64,000 nt of DNA, from positions 303,786-367,785 of the forward strand of contig JAQGDQ010002381.1 in the NCBI GenBank assembly GCA_030141605.1, read 5' to 3'. This stretch comes from Tubiluchus corallicola. Lineage: Eukaryota > Animalia > Priapulida. The first letter of the stretch is position 1. Every line of letters starts with the position of its first letter. Under the pieces are notes generated by a model, which was not told the origin of the DNA, made no database searches, and saw only the letters and a program-made list of their open reading frames with translations. This document shows, one piece after another, positions 14,202 to 27,320 of the stretch. Made by a program: the position numbers and the translations under genes.

Positions 14202-14656
14202 GTATAAGAACTGCGAATGATGCGCTTTATTATTAACAAAGTGGAGCTGAATATGAATTGTGCTGTTGCATATAATTAAATATGACTGACTAACATTTTT
14301 TTTTAAATTCTGGTTTTGTATTCAGTTAAAGAATAGGAACTTGAGCAAAAAGTACGAATTGATCTTTTTTACCTTTGTTGTTATTTAAAGCCCGTTGGCT
14401 TTTTTGTTGTATGAGTAGGTGTGCGTGTGCACGTGCGCGCGTGTGTGTGAATTTTATATTGTTATTCTAGAGTTGCCAGATTTGGCAGTTTAAGTCCTTA
14501 AACTAGTGTTGAAATTTATCAACGACCATCAACAGTTTGGAATATTATTAAAAAAATGAGAATATGCACTTATGGCAATGTTACTTTTCGTAACACTGTT
14601 CGTATTTCCTGACTTGTGTGATGTTTTGATTTGGGTGCCCTGCTGTTTTTTTTTTT

Positions 14657-14882
14657 GTCAGTATATGCTTATGTTCAAGTCGACCTTATGTACAAGTCGA
14701 TGTGCATTTGAAGACCAAAAATTGTATCATTTTGTATATTACCTGTGTACAAGTCCACCCAAAAATATTAAGATCTTCCAGAGTAAATGATGTCAACAAT
14801 GGCCGAGTAATAAATCAATAGCCTACTGTGTTAGTGTGTAAGATACGTGCAAGTGCCTGGGCCGAGTATATTATACCTACCC

Positions 14883-14921
<39 letters not shown>

Positions 14922-15544
14922 TCATGTTGAGGGCCATCAATGCAATCCATGATAATGCAGCCTGGCCTTTCATCACGCATAATTGTTTGTAATGCCTTTA
15001 ACGCTAGTATATCGAGCCCAGGATCCGTCGTAACATTTCAGTCGCTGATTTCTCAATTAAAACTAAAAACACATACCTGAAACGGCACAGTTTTATTCAG
15101 TAACATCTTTTGAATAGAAATACATCTCAGTTTTCAAATATCAATTCCGTTTATGCATATTTACGCTAGATTTTCAACAGTCAGTATCAATCTGAAGATT
15201 GTTTTTGCTCCTATATTTACATGTACTGATCGAGTGCTCCGTCGCTAGTTCATTTGCCGGTAATATATAAATTTTAACTTAATTTCACATACATTAAAGT
15301 AAATTGCAGTAATATTTCTTAATTTTGTGAAGTAAGATGCAAACATTCTCTGATGTGAAGTATCACAGTATGAGTGTTCATTCAGTCCAGTGTATAATGA
15401 AGGATTATTTCTTTACATATTCGTATTGTAGACGACTCTTTAGCGACATATCCCAAAAACTTATCTTAAGTATAAGTCGACCCGAAAAATTTCACCTTAA
15501 AATCGCCTCCCAAAAATTCGACTTGTACATAAGTATATACGGTA
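14657..15544. mobile_element. Tc1/mariner-type MITE, nested
   Basis: Imperfect TIR: CAGTATATGCTTATGTTCAAGTCGA ... TCGACTTGTACATAAGTATATACGGTA. Confidence 0.65.
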
Positions 15545-15718
15545 CTATGTAGACGGTTAACTTCACTAATGCCGCCCATACTACTAATTGACATTAATTA
15601 GAGACCTTCTTAAGTGCAATATGCTGGAGTCAAAGTTTAGAAATGATAAATCTCGATTTTTATATCTTACAGTAACATCTTAGCGTCTGTTTCTTTCACC
15701 TGTTTTGTCATGCTGTAT

Positions 15719-16172
15719 CAGTGGAGGCTTGTAGCTAAAATAAGTGGGGTGCTGCTTCAGGAAATTTTTAGCCATTGTTTTAATGCTATGCAAAATGAAA
15801 CAAAACATATGTAATTTTAATGTTGTAATTTGTAATTGTAATTTTAAACAAACAAGCATACAAAAACATACGTAAACTTGATAAAATCCTAAAAGAAAAA
15901 AATTTTGCTTACGAATAGCCTAAATTGCTGCAGTTCAAGAATATGCCAGTACATGGTTTTTAAGAACGTGACAACTGACAACTGTGTGAGTGACAGTACT
16001 TTCTCTACCTAGCAGCAGATGCTAGCAGTGCAGCACAATCATGTGCTCTGGTTCCGTACAAGTATAAAGAAAGAACTAAAGAAAAAAGACTTATTGTATT
16101 GAATATTATCGATAATATTGAGTGAAAATAGGGGGTGCTGCAGTTCCGATACTTATACACAAGCCGCCACTA
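15719..16172. mobile_element. hAT-type MITE, nested
   Basis: TIR CAGTGGAGGCTTGT ... ACAAGCCGCCACTA; near-perfect 8-bp TSD TGCTGTAT/TGCTGTGA. Confidence 0.7.
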
Positions 16173-16458
16173 TGCTGTGAACTGGTTTAAGTGATTCGAC
16201 AGCACGCGCCCCTTTATATGCCATATATCTCTCATAATTTATGTACTCACAATGTTAAAAAAATTCCTGGCTTATAATCTGGCAACTCTAGCGAAAATTT
16301 AACAACTGTTTGTTACTGGTTTTTTTTTATTAATTATTTTTCTTTTTACAGTTATACTTTTTTTGGAGAACTTAATCAGTTATAGTTTGATATGCCTTTG
16401 CTTGTATATTAATAAATATTTGTCATATTTATAGACTAGAAAACTTCGGCTTCAGTAG

Positions 16459-16632
<174 letters not shown>

Positions 16633-17140
16633 TGAGCCTTACTAATTCTTGTTTGCATGTTGCTATAAGTCTCACAGTAGTTTAGTTTTAGTGCACTGCA
16701 AGTGAAATCAAACTTTGCAAATGAGTCGAACTTTGTTACGCGTAAGCATATTTCACTGCAATAATTGTGCCTCCTTACTGTCTCAGTTAAACAAAGCAGC
16801 AATGAAACATCACATCTGACAGATAATGCAATTATTCTTTTGAAATTTTGATGCCTAAATGCAGAAGATATAAAATTTGCTGCTTATATTGTTGAGTAAT
16901 ATGTTGAAAACAACAGCAACATCAGATATTTACTACTAAGATTCTAGAGACATTTTTAGTAATCTCATTGGCACATTTGCTTTAATCGAAAGACCTCATT
17001 GATTCTTCTTTATTAGTGTCTATAAAGTTTGCAGTCTAGTATGAAAGAGGGTTTGAACAAGTACCTGTTGTTATTACTGCATTTTTATTGCTGCGGTTTT
17101 ACGTTGTACTAAAGCGGTGAATATTTGAAATTCTTTTCAG

Positions 17141-17238
17141 AGAAGAAAGCGAAAGTGTACTGCAGTTAAAGGGTCTCACACCTACAGGATTGCTACCACT
17201 GGGTGCTTTGTCAGGGGGAAAGCAGAGCTTGCAGGGAG
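17141..17238 (+). CDS. PPP3CA: Calcineurin A exon, 98 nt: [32 protein letters not shown]
   Basis: tttcag| and |gtgagt; phase 2 in and phase 1 out. Confidence 0.97.
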
Positions 17239-17857
17239 GTGAGTACTACATGATGGCGGAGATATTATTGCCATCCAGCACAAATGTTAAGTGCACAGTT
17301 CATAAGTTATTTTCATTGTCACATTTTCTCTATTTGATTTAGTGGTAATTTGGTTTTCTGCTAGTTAGCCTACTTGGCTGACTTGAAGATAGTGAGGAAT
17401 CATAGGATGCTGAATAATGTATTCTGAGTCTTCATTTTTAACAAAATCATGCGCCTGTAAACTAAACAATTCTGTAAATGCCTTTTTTTACGTAACTAGT
17501 ACTGTATATTTCGTTTTTTATTTGATTTCACTATGAAAAAATACAATATTTGCTGTAAATTCTAAAACTTTAGGAGAAATATGTTACTAACGCCAACGTG
17601 AATGATACAGAATGCTGTTTCGGTAATATGAGAACAGAAGTATGTACCCGACGTTTATCAAAATATTTTAGTAACTATGCATTCAAGTTATACAACTTTT
17701 TTCTTTTAACGAGTGTTCTTCTGTTCTGCGAATATGCGGTAGCAAATTCGATTCCATCAAAGGAAAACATAGTTTTCTTGCAAAGTACTTTTTTCTGCGA
17801 CTTCCTTTAGTGTTCTTGTAATGCAACTTTCACTCTTTTTTCTTCCTGCTTCACTAG

Positions 17858-17866
17858 AGTTGGAAG
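17858..17866 (+). CDS. PPP3CA: 9-nt microexon (E-L-E) before the autoinhibitory domain
   Basis: ctcttttttcttcctgcttcactag|AGTTGGAAG|gtaagt; symmetric phase 1. Confidence 0.75.
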
Positions 17867-18337
17867 GTAAGTTTCAATTATGCAAAGCGATTGACTTTGT
17901 TTTTGTTATGTCAGTTTTGTTTCTCTGTTATGTACCTTTCTTTTTGTTAAAATTATTGCCAATGATCAGCAGTTTACTCATTACTCATCAAATACCTAAA
18001 ATTGCAAAAAGTTTCCTGTGGTACTTTAGTATGCAGTTGTTTTCACACCATATCACACAGCTATTTCAGTCTATAACTTTCATTCATTCACATCAACAAC
18101 AACTAGCAGGCAACATGTTCATCATGTAGTATCGTCAACAGATATTTAAAAGCCATTTTGGACTGTTGTTTTTTTTTTTGCTGTTCGAATAATCAATTTC
18201 TTCAGTTTAACAAAGAAAATTTTAGCATAAAGAACTGAGTACTTAGCTTTGTATGGCAGGGTATTAAATAATTTTTTAACAAACTTGCGTTACAAATTTT
18301 AACAGTTTATAATGTACTCTTTCATTTTTAAAAACTA

Positions 18338-18542
18338 GTAGACATTTTAGAGGTGCCCTAAAACGGAATCGTCTGAATGCAACAACGAAATCCTCATCAA
18401 AACTACTTCAGTCTTGCCATCGGCTGGGTTTTAATCAGCAATTATTTTGCTGCTTTATCCTGCATGCATCTGCATATTCCCAGCAGATAGTAAACTTAGT
18501 GTTTGCTGATTTAATATTTATGGCACCCTATGAAATGATTAC
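18338..18542. mobile_element. Short degenerate MITE
   Basis: Imperfect inverted termini GTAGACATTTTAGAGGTGCCCTAAA / TTTATGGCACCCTATGAAATGATTAC. Confidence 0.45.
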
Positions 18543-19257
18543 TGCTGGTTGAAGCACCAAGAGACAACTGTTTTCTGGCCCACAAAAATCAATAACAATT
18601 TTCAGTGCTAGTTTAAGTGTACAATGCTCAGCACGTGAAAAACCATAACAGCTGTATGTGACATCGACATTATTTGTTGAATTTTAAACTCGCTGTTCCG
18701 TAAGGATCGTTACATTTTATAATGGACCAATGACGAGCAATTAGCCATATGTTTTGTGTTTTCTAATAGATACCTTCATGCATTTTCGGTTATCGCAAAT
18801 TATTCTAATATAACATTTTAAAAAGTATTATTCTTTTGCCTTTGTTACTCAATAGCCTTTGTCACTCAATAAATTGGTCAAATATCAATAATACTGGCTT
18901 GACAGTGGCAGTTCAGAAGCGATTTTAACACTTTTACTAGTTCAGCACCTCACAATAGAAGGATTTGGATGAAATAGTAGAGTGAGCTAGCCTGAGGTTA
19001 GCTTACTCAGAGAAGCCAAGCTAGTGCTTGTATTACAAATCTTGCATTTGGCATAAAACAATGTTAGGCTTGATCAACTTACTTGACTGCAATTGAGTAG
19101 TAGCCTGGCTTACACAATCCAGAAATCAGCTTGCATTACAGCTGCAGTTTGTTTTTGCTTGTGCACTGTGATTAGTATAAATGCACCTGTGTCTCTCCTT
19201 AACTTTGTTCATTCGACTTAGTGCTTTCATTGATCGGTGATCAGGTGGTCAGCACTA

Positions 19258-19380
19258 CATTAGTACATAAATTTGCAAATGATTTGAATGTAGAACTTGT
19301 ATACAGAAAGGTGTACACCACATTAGTACATAAATTTGCAAATGATTTGAATGTAGAACTTGTATACAGAAAGGTGTACA
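19258..19380. repeat. 63-bp tandem duplication (2 copies)
   Basis: CATTAGTACATAAATTTGCAAATG...GGTGTACA starts at 19258 and again at 19321. Confidence 0.95.
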
Positions 19381-19411
19381 TTACAATGTGCACTTTAACT
19401 CTTTGTTGCAG

Positions 19412-19569
19412 CTATCTCTGGCTTTTCACCTAATCATAAAATCAGCGGGTTCCAAGAAGCTAAAGGTTTAGACAAAATTAATGAACGAATGCCTCCACGG
19501 AAGGACATTGGACACAACTCGGCTACAAGCAGTGGGCTAAATAACTCCATATCAGGTTCACATAGTTAA
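19412..19569 (+). CDS. PPP3CA: Calcineurin A last coding exon, autoinhibitory domain: [32 protein letters not shown]...GSHS*
   Basis: ttgcag| acceptor; [15 protein letters not shown] autoinhibitory motif; TAA at 19567-19569. Confidence 0.97.
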
Positions 19570-19789
19570 TATCAGGTACATTGTTTTTTGTTTTGTTTTT
19601 GTCGTAATTTTTTTCTCCAGGGTGGCAAAGAAGTTACTTAAGTTGAATTGAGTTCTTTGAATTTAAGAAATGAGTGTTTAGTCCAATACGTACAATGACA
19701 CATAAATCTTATAAAGTACTATACTTTCTCCTCTTTCCCTCCCTCCCTCTCTCCCTTTTCTCCCTCTCTCTTCCTCTCTCCCTCTCTTC

Positions 19790-19820
<31 letters not shown>

Positions 19821-22800
19821 ACTCACTCTCTGTGATTTACTGTTTCTGATCTGCTAGTTTATAAATTCAAAATGCATTTTACAATTAATATCTGTTTTAT
19901 TTTTATTTGTTGCAGAAACTTTCATTTCTGAGTTCCGTTTCACGTCATTCTGGTCACACTTAACAACACATGCACATTCACAATATTAATGAAATAAACA
20001 AAACAGATGTGGCATTCACTCGTGAAACATTACCAAGTATGGTCGAGCAGTGATGAAGCTACATCTGCCATCACGTACTGTGTTACTATGATCTGTTTTT
20101 TGTCTCAGAAAAGCTATTGTTTTGCTACGTTATTACGTTATTAGTCAGTTGTTGTTTTTGAGTTTTCACTATTTGTACAGTGTTCACAACACTATAGTTT
20201 TAACTTGTTGAATTTATTCATGTCCGTCATGCTGAATGCACAAGGCTTTTGATTCACATCATCAAACTAAAGCATTTTATGTATAACTTGTTAACATCTA
20301 GTAATTTTTAGTTTATTTATTTATATTTGCGTGCAGCTACCTCATTATTTCGCACTTGTTTTGTAACACAGTTTGTGAGTGGCTGGTATTGGGTGGCCCA
20401 CTGGCCAATGGCCAGTCAGAAGTGCCTTTTCAGAATGTAGGCTGAATCAGCATTTCTGATTAATAGTTGTTAATAGCAACTGTCTTTAGTCAGTTAATTT
20501 TGACAGACATTACAAGAGTAGGTCACTTGTAAAATATTAGACAATTGAGCTGTGACATTGAATGTGATTGGTTGATTTTGTGATCTGGAAACTGTATGAT
20601 CAGCCACTGAACTTCATTTGCTATTTCATCATTAGTTATTATTATAAGTATTCTTATTGTAATTTTTCACCTATTCGCATGTGTCACCTTCCCCGTTCCC
20701 TTCAAAATGAGCTACTTCATTTCTTTCGACTGGCCAAGATGGAGCGTCTCATTTTGTCGAAGGGGTGTGACTGTTTTTTTATCATCACTTGGGTATTTAA
20801 CTTACTTATTAACTTATTCATGGAAAACTAAAACAGTATACAAGGAATATTTCCATGATATTGTTAATATTTCTTGCAAATGCATGCATGTTAATAAAGC
20901 CTTTCAGTTTATTAAAGGATTCTTTGTGATACTGGTGTAAAATGTCAGTTGTCACGGACTTGAGTGAACAATATATATATGTCTGCGAAGGTGGGTAGCA
21001 AGTTATTTCGTAAGTTGCTTGAATATGGTGTTAAAGAACATTTCTATGAAAGTACGAATTACCATTACCATTGTAAATTTTCTAATTATATTTATGAATA
21101 TAATATATAATGTATAATTAATATATTAAAACTTCCACAATGCAAGGCGAAACTGTGCACAATATGCGTGCCAGGCTTTCTCGTTGCTACTAGCAATGTA
21201 TGTGTGCCTCGTGTGGAAATCTTTTTATCATTTTTGGAATAATATATTATTGGTATTGAGAGGCCAGAGATCTATAAACTGAACTTGTTTAATATATAAA
21301 TATAAATGGATTGTTCTCTTGTTTGCATTTCTATTTATTTCTCAAATTTTTGATGAACTTGTTTTCGATTCTGATTTTCGTTATAAATTTTATAAATATT
21401 CTGGTCGTGTATGATGTCTTCTGTAAGAGAAGGTCTTGCAGGCTTGTTGCAGGAATTTAGCGAGTACACTCGAACGTTGCACTCACACACTACACTCACA
21501 GTGCCGTTACCGTTTAGGTTTCTGTCTTCCATTGTGAGTATAGTGAAGTAACTAAGGCAACAGAATTTGTTTATTACATAATTTTTAACCTATGCATTTT
21601 TTGGTGTGACGTGTATATGTGAATTAAATGTTCAGCATTTGAATTTTATACATGTTTTCCATCTGCTTTCAAGCTATTGTGTCATTGATATTGCAGCTTG
21701 TTATTTGGAATTTGATATTTAAATACTAGTATTTAGTAGTAGTGTCATACATAGTGTTTTTCTTGCTAACTTCTTAAGTGCACAATATATTGCCAGACTT
21801 CATCTTTAAATCGCAGATGAAAGCAGTAATTTCATGCCTGTGTATATACTTTGAATATTTTGATAAAAAGAAACAATTGGTGTACTAGCTTATTTTTAGC
21901 CAAACTTGTTCCGTTTATTCACACATTGTAAAATTTGTTGATTTATCATTACTTGCCTTTAATCTGCATTTCGTTGTGGTTACCTGTTTACTTTTATACT
22001 AAAGTTCGTTGTTACATATAAAGTTCCCACATGTAAGTGGGAATTGTACAGTTTATTAATTTACACATCAATTAGTGAAGCTGTCAAACTTGCCCAGTCA
22101 AAATTAATCTTTACTATCAAATTTTGTATATAGTTGGTTCATGTCTGAGTTTGGTTAGTATCCCATTTGTGTGATTTTTTTTCGTTTTACGTAAACTTTA
22201 CATTTCAAAAGACGTCATGTGTTCTGGCTATCCGCAGTGTAATAAATACAAGATTTTTTGCTTATTTTTTGCAATTTGAATGTTGATAGAACTAAAGTAC
22301 TCTTCAAAATTCGTAGATGCTATTCTTGTGTGAATTTTACCGCAGTTATTATAAGTGCTTCATAGTGTTTATCTTTCCATTTTGACACTTTCTTATACTG
22401 TTCTTTTAATTAAATAAGTAATGTGGTTAATTAATCGCAAAAATCTCTCATTATCAAAAGCCTGATAACCTCAGCTGCCTAGATTTGAGATAGTTTATTC
22501 CAGATAGTTTAATCCTATATTCCAAAACAATATAAGATTAGTTTTTATTTGGCAAATCTGGAGTAAAGAGTAGTAGCTAAAGTTACTTAAGTAATATCTG
22601 TTCCATGTTTAGTTTTATGAAGCTCTTCCAGATTACTTTGCAATCATTTTTGCATGTCAGCTTGACTAGGTGCCTGTACAACTATGATTTGCTGAATATC
22701 AATGGGTGTTGAGCCATATGCTGAATTAGTCTGTGAAATTGTAGAGTTAATATAAAAAAGCTGAAGTACACATGGTTGTCTTTTTAAAATGTTAAGATTT

Positions 22801-23010
22801 TTCTCCTACTTAACTTAAAATCTCTTCTTTGTCTAAATCTAAAACACACAACTTTAAAATGATGTCAGTAAATTGTAATTTTATGTGTTTGCTGTGTTGA
22901 TACTGATAATAACAATTACACTGTATAAAACGTTTAGTGCATGCTGTTGTTTTATTCTTGTTTATTTAAACTTTAACTATATTTCTGTGTTACAATAAAT
23001 GAACTCAAAA
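19570..23010 (+). other. Probable long calcineurin 3' UTR with several possible poly(A) sites
   Basis: T-rich and TE-poor; CT microsatellite at ~19725-19830; AATAAA at ~20893, ~22241 and ~22994; true end unknown. Confidence 0.45.
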
Positions 23011-24251
23011 CAGAAAATGCAATGCCTTATATGTTTAAAATTCCTGGCAAGAGCAAGGGGGTATTTTACAGTACAATTCTAATGTTGTATATGATAGATA
23101 TCATGAAGCAACATATTTTTATCATAATAGCTTATTGCCACACACACTAACATTTCTGGAAGTCAGTGATCAAAAGTTATATTACTGCATACCTAATTGC
23201 TCAGTTTAACAATATTAAATTATAAATCTACTCGTATTTTGCTTAATAAAAACTTTAATTTGCAAACAATATGCAGCCAATAATATGCTAGAATCTGTTT
23301 TGTTTCTCGTGTCAAGTCAAACTCATGTACACAACCTTTTAAGATCACTCTCCACAGTAAGAACAGTGACACATGGGGACCTCGTGTTAAAATTAATGCT
23401 TTAGTATTTACAGTGAATTGCAGCTTTGTATTATGTATAACAAATAGATATCAGTTGTCAGAGTTTCACAATGTAGTGAAATGAAAAAGTGAACTCATAC
23501 AGTATCATGCTGAGTGCATTTGATGCTGCTCATTGTCTAATAATCAAAATACGAGAAAAAATTCACTAATAATTCTTGTTGCTGGTGTTGATCAAATGCA
23601 CTAATCTTGTAATCTGATGTGACTTATCAAATGCACTTTCATTGTTTCTTTCATACACGTTCCTTAATCATTGCCTTCTTTTTGGTTGTTAAATGTACGG
23701 TGTCATTTTGAGTAATTTATCTTACTTAGCTGTCCACATTGTTTTTCATTTGACAGGTAGTTTTGATTTTTGTTAAGCGGCCATGCAATTTGTTTTTTTT
23801 ACAGAAAAAGTGGCAATTTGTTAACATTCTACTTTATTTACTCTCATTTTATGTGTCTGTTTATGTGCGTAATGTATAGGTATTGTAAATTTTTTTCGTA
23901 TTATGCTACTCTAATTTTTTTTCATTAAATTTCTATTTATGTGCAAGTTGCTGCAAATCTTTTAGGTGCTAATCGATGAAATAAAAGAAATGTTCACCTT
24001 CCATGCAAATAATTATATGTAAGTCTTAGTAAAATTAATAGTTGATCACTACAGCAATTTACCGTTAAAAATAATTAACAATGTTAATACTCAATTAAAA
24101 ATTATTCGCAAATGAGCATAACCATTAACCAAGCCTAGCCCTAAGTGTCCAACGTGAGACTCGTCGTAAATATTCCGTCAATGTGTTACCAAGTGATTGG
24201 CTTTCCTGTTGAAGATATCCCGTAATGCTTATTGGGGAATCGCGACGTGAC

Positions 24252-26344
24252 GTGCAGAAATTGCTGAAATTCTAAACAATATTTTAAAAACAGGCACATT
24301 TCCGCAGGATATTCATAAAGGAATACTTATCCCTTTACCCAAGCCAGGTAAGAAACGAGGTCCTATATAAAATCTTAGACCATTGATGTTGCTTACACTA
24401 CTATACTAAGGAAGATCTGTACCGTTACCGTCGAAGGATAGAGGTTAAGCATACATAGCTTATAAACCTCTCCACTCTTCCTTGTTTACTTTGTCAATAT
24501 TAAGAATACATAATGGGTGGCGACACTACGATCACGAAGCGAAGCATAGGGTTTCTTGTTGCCATTGTGGCAACCTGGGGTCTATATATTTTTCAGCATT
24601 GTTTTTCCAAAATCTATGGAGACGAGACTTAAACTGGGCAGGATTGGGTGCTTGTATTACATGGTCAGGCAGCTTGTTCCACTCATTAATTACTCGCCTT
24701 GCGAATGTGAATCTTCTTCTGTTCCACCTTTTGGGAACTGTTCTCTTCTTGATTTTGTAGGAGTGACCTCTGGTACCATGATATGTCTGTCGGTGAAAAA
24801 ATATTTCACTGTTGATGGTTTCTATGCCTTTAAGAATACGGAATGTTTGGATTAAATCTTGTCTTTTGCGTCTGTATTTCAGAGTTGTAAGGCCGAGAAT
24901 CTTAAGTCTTGCAACATACGGTAAATGAGAAATGGCAGGTACAAGTCTAGTAGCTCGACGTTGTATACTTTCAATTTTTCTTATCATGTCTTGACGATTT
25001 GGGCTCCAAATCACATCACCATAATCCAGAATAGGACGAACGATTGATTTATATAGTTTGGTCGCCACTGTATGTTGACTAGGATCTATGACAGGTTACA
25101 CACTTACATTCCAACAAGCCAAGCAGCATATCAACCAGGACGGAATACTACTGAATTAGTACAAGCCTGTAAATTACTAGCCGGAAAAGCCATCTCTTCT
25201 GCTGATTACTCAATACATATTCATGATCGATATGTCAAAGGCCTTTGATTGTGTGCGGAGAAAAACTCTGCTATGCTGCCTGGAAGAAATCCTTGAACCT
25301 GATGAAATATACATCATAAGTATAATGTTAGAAAATTTATTAATTCAAGTCAGGTGTGAAGGGAAATTGAGTCAGCCGTTTTCTACAGACAAAGGAGTAC
25401 CTCAGGGTGACTGCCTAAGCCCTGTACTTTTCACTTTATATCTTGCCATAGCTCTCACTGAGGACAAAGTTATACCATTGAAAGACCTAGAAGATCACAA
25501 CTACACAATTCTTGATCCTGAATTAATACCGAATGAAGTAAGACAAGAATGCAGTTACAGTTCTCTACAAAGTAAGTCAACTACTATATCTATGCAGTAT
25601 GCTGATGATGTGGCATGGATTACAAGAAACAAAGAAGACGTAGATGAAATAAAAAACTCAATAGAGGAGAAACTGAACAGAATGGATCTCATTGTAAACA
25701 AAAATAAAACTGAAGAGTTTCACATAACACGCCATGGTGATGAATCATGGCAAAGATGCAAGTATCTCGGTAGTCTGCTGACAACAGAAGACGACATATC
25801 AAGACGGAAGATAATGGCATTATCAGTTTACTCAAAACTTAAAAAAATTTCTTTGGAAACAAAAATTAGAATATTCTCAGCCTTAGTTGAAACTGTATTT
25901 CTATATAACTCTGAGCTCTGGACATTAAAAGCAAATCATAAAGCTGAAATCGATGCGTTTCAAAGGCGAAATTACAAAAACATGTTGGGTATTAGATGGC
26001 CAAAGAAAATTTCAAACAAAGATCTATATGAAACAATAAAAGAAGAACCTTGGACAAGAAAAATAAAAAGACGCCGTTTAAGATGGATTGGGCATATGCT
26101 TAGACTACCTGATGATACTCCAGTGAAGATAGCTCTTCAACAAGCCATAGAACCAGCTAAAAAACCTGCAGGAGGACAAATGTTAACATATTTAGATTTT
26201 GCACAAAAAGATTTAAACACTTTAGCATTGATCCTTAGAAATAAATCTACTTGGGGCATTGCGGCGAGCAGGGAGTCCTGGCATAGGGAGGTGAACAGAA
26301 TCATGTCACTGGATGTGTGATTCATTGGATCATGATGATGATGA
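24252..26344 (+). mobile_element. 5'-truncated non-LTR retrotransposon (RTE-group-like RT), disrupted
   Basis: ILIPLPKPGKK..NLRPL, QAAYQPGR, DMSKAFD, GVPQGDCLSP, YADD and KYLG motifs; (ATG)n tail at 26332-26347; one stop, frameshifts and a CR1 insertion. Confidence 0.92.
24422..25067 (-). mobile_element. CR1-clade LINE 3' fragment inserted in antisense
   Basis: LYKSIVRPILDYG..WSP, IESIQRRATRLV, RLKILGLTTL, TRGH, RVINEWNKLP; 3' stem-loop and (ACGGTA)2 tail; flanked by CTGTA at 24417 and 25068. Confidence 0.92.
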
Positions 26345-26348
26345 TGAC

Positions 26349-27320
26349 ATAGAGGAATTACAAGATGCAGAATGTACGATCAGCTGCCGTTTAGAAAAAT
26401 ATAATCTTAAAGTCAGCAATAGAAAGACTGAAGAATACCATATTCGAAGAGGAGGTAATTATTCATGGAAATGATGTAAATACTTTGGTGGCTTGTTAGA
26501 CACCGAAGCTGACATACAAAGAAGGAAATTTCTTACATTGTCTGATTATACAGATGTCAACGGTTTTTGAAAACAATAGACTGTCTCTTGAAACCAAAGC
26601 CCAGATCCTTTCATCTTAGTTGAATCTGTGTTTTTGTACAGTGTTGACCTATGGGCAATAAAATTTAAGTAACAGAAGGAAATTGGCACTTTTCAAAGAC
26701 ATCTCTATAGAAATTACTCGCAATTAAATGGCCTGACTGAATATCTGCTTTACAGTCTTTTTTACAATGACATCAGGACCTAGAGTTCAACTCGTTAAGG
26801 TCCCTTCTCATATTCATTTTAAATTTATCGATAGCGTTTGATGATCAGTATAATGTGGTGAAGAAGAATCCTTGGAGTAAACAAATACAAGTAAGAAGAT
26901 TGCTTTGGTTTGGTGGCAGCAGTGCATAATGCGTGGCATCAACAAGTGAGATGGGCCGTGTTATTTTTAGAACATAGCAGCACAGAAACGACGACGAACA
27001 TATTTTAATATTCCTTGGTTCAAACGACTTTAGTCCAAAAGTCGAGCTCCGAACATCAAGATGGCTAGCATATGTTCTCTAATTACCAAGTAAAGCATAA
27101 GTAAGAATTGCCTTAAAGGAATCCTTAAAGAACCTTGCAAAAAACCATATGTCAAATGAAAAACAACGTGGACAGCTAAGTAAGATAAATAAAGATGTTC
27201 AATAACTTTAACCCATTTATCTTTAGGAGTAGAAGAACTTACCGCACTAGCTGCAGATAGGAGTAGATGGAATGCTCTAATGAATGGTAATGCCTCAATG
27301 TCTACAACAGATGGAAGAGA
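26349..27320 (+). mobile_element. Older degenerate LINE remnant related to the 24252-26344 element
   Basis: RLEKYNLKVSNRKTEEYHIRRG..WK*CKYFGGLLDTEADIQRRK with many stops. Confidence 0.8.

Larger units (their letters stand above)
14467..16291. mobile_element. Non-autonomous hAT-like element containing nested MITEs
   Basis: 16-bp inverted termini CTAGAGTTGCCAGATT ... AATCTGGCAACTCTAG; no TSD is evident. Confidence 0.65.

Noticed and set aside
25223-26320. Active or domesticated reverse transcriptase gene
   Set aside because: It is 5'-truncated, lacks an endonuclease, has an upstream stop and frameshifts, and is interrupted by CR1.
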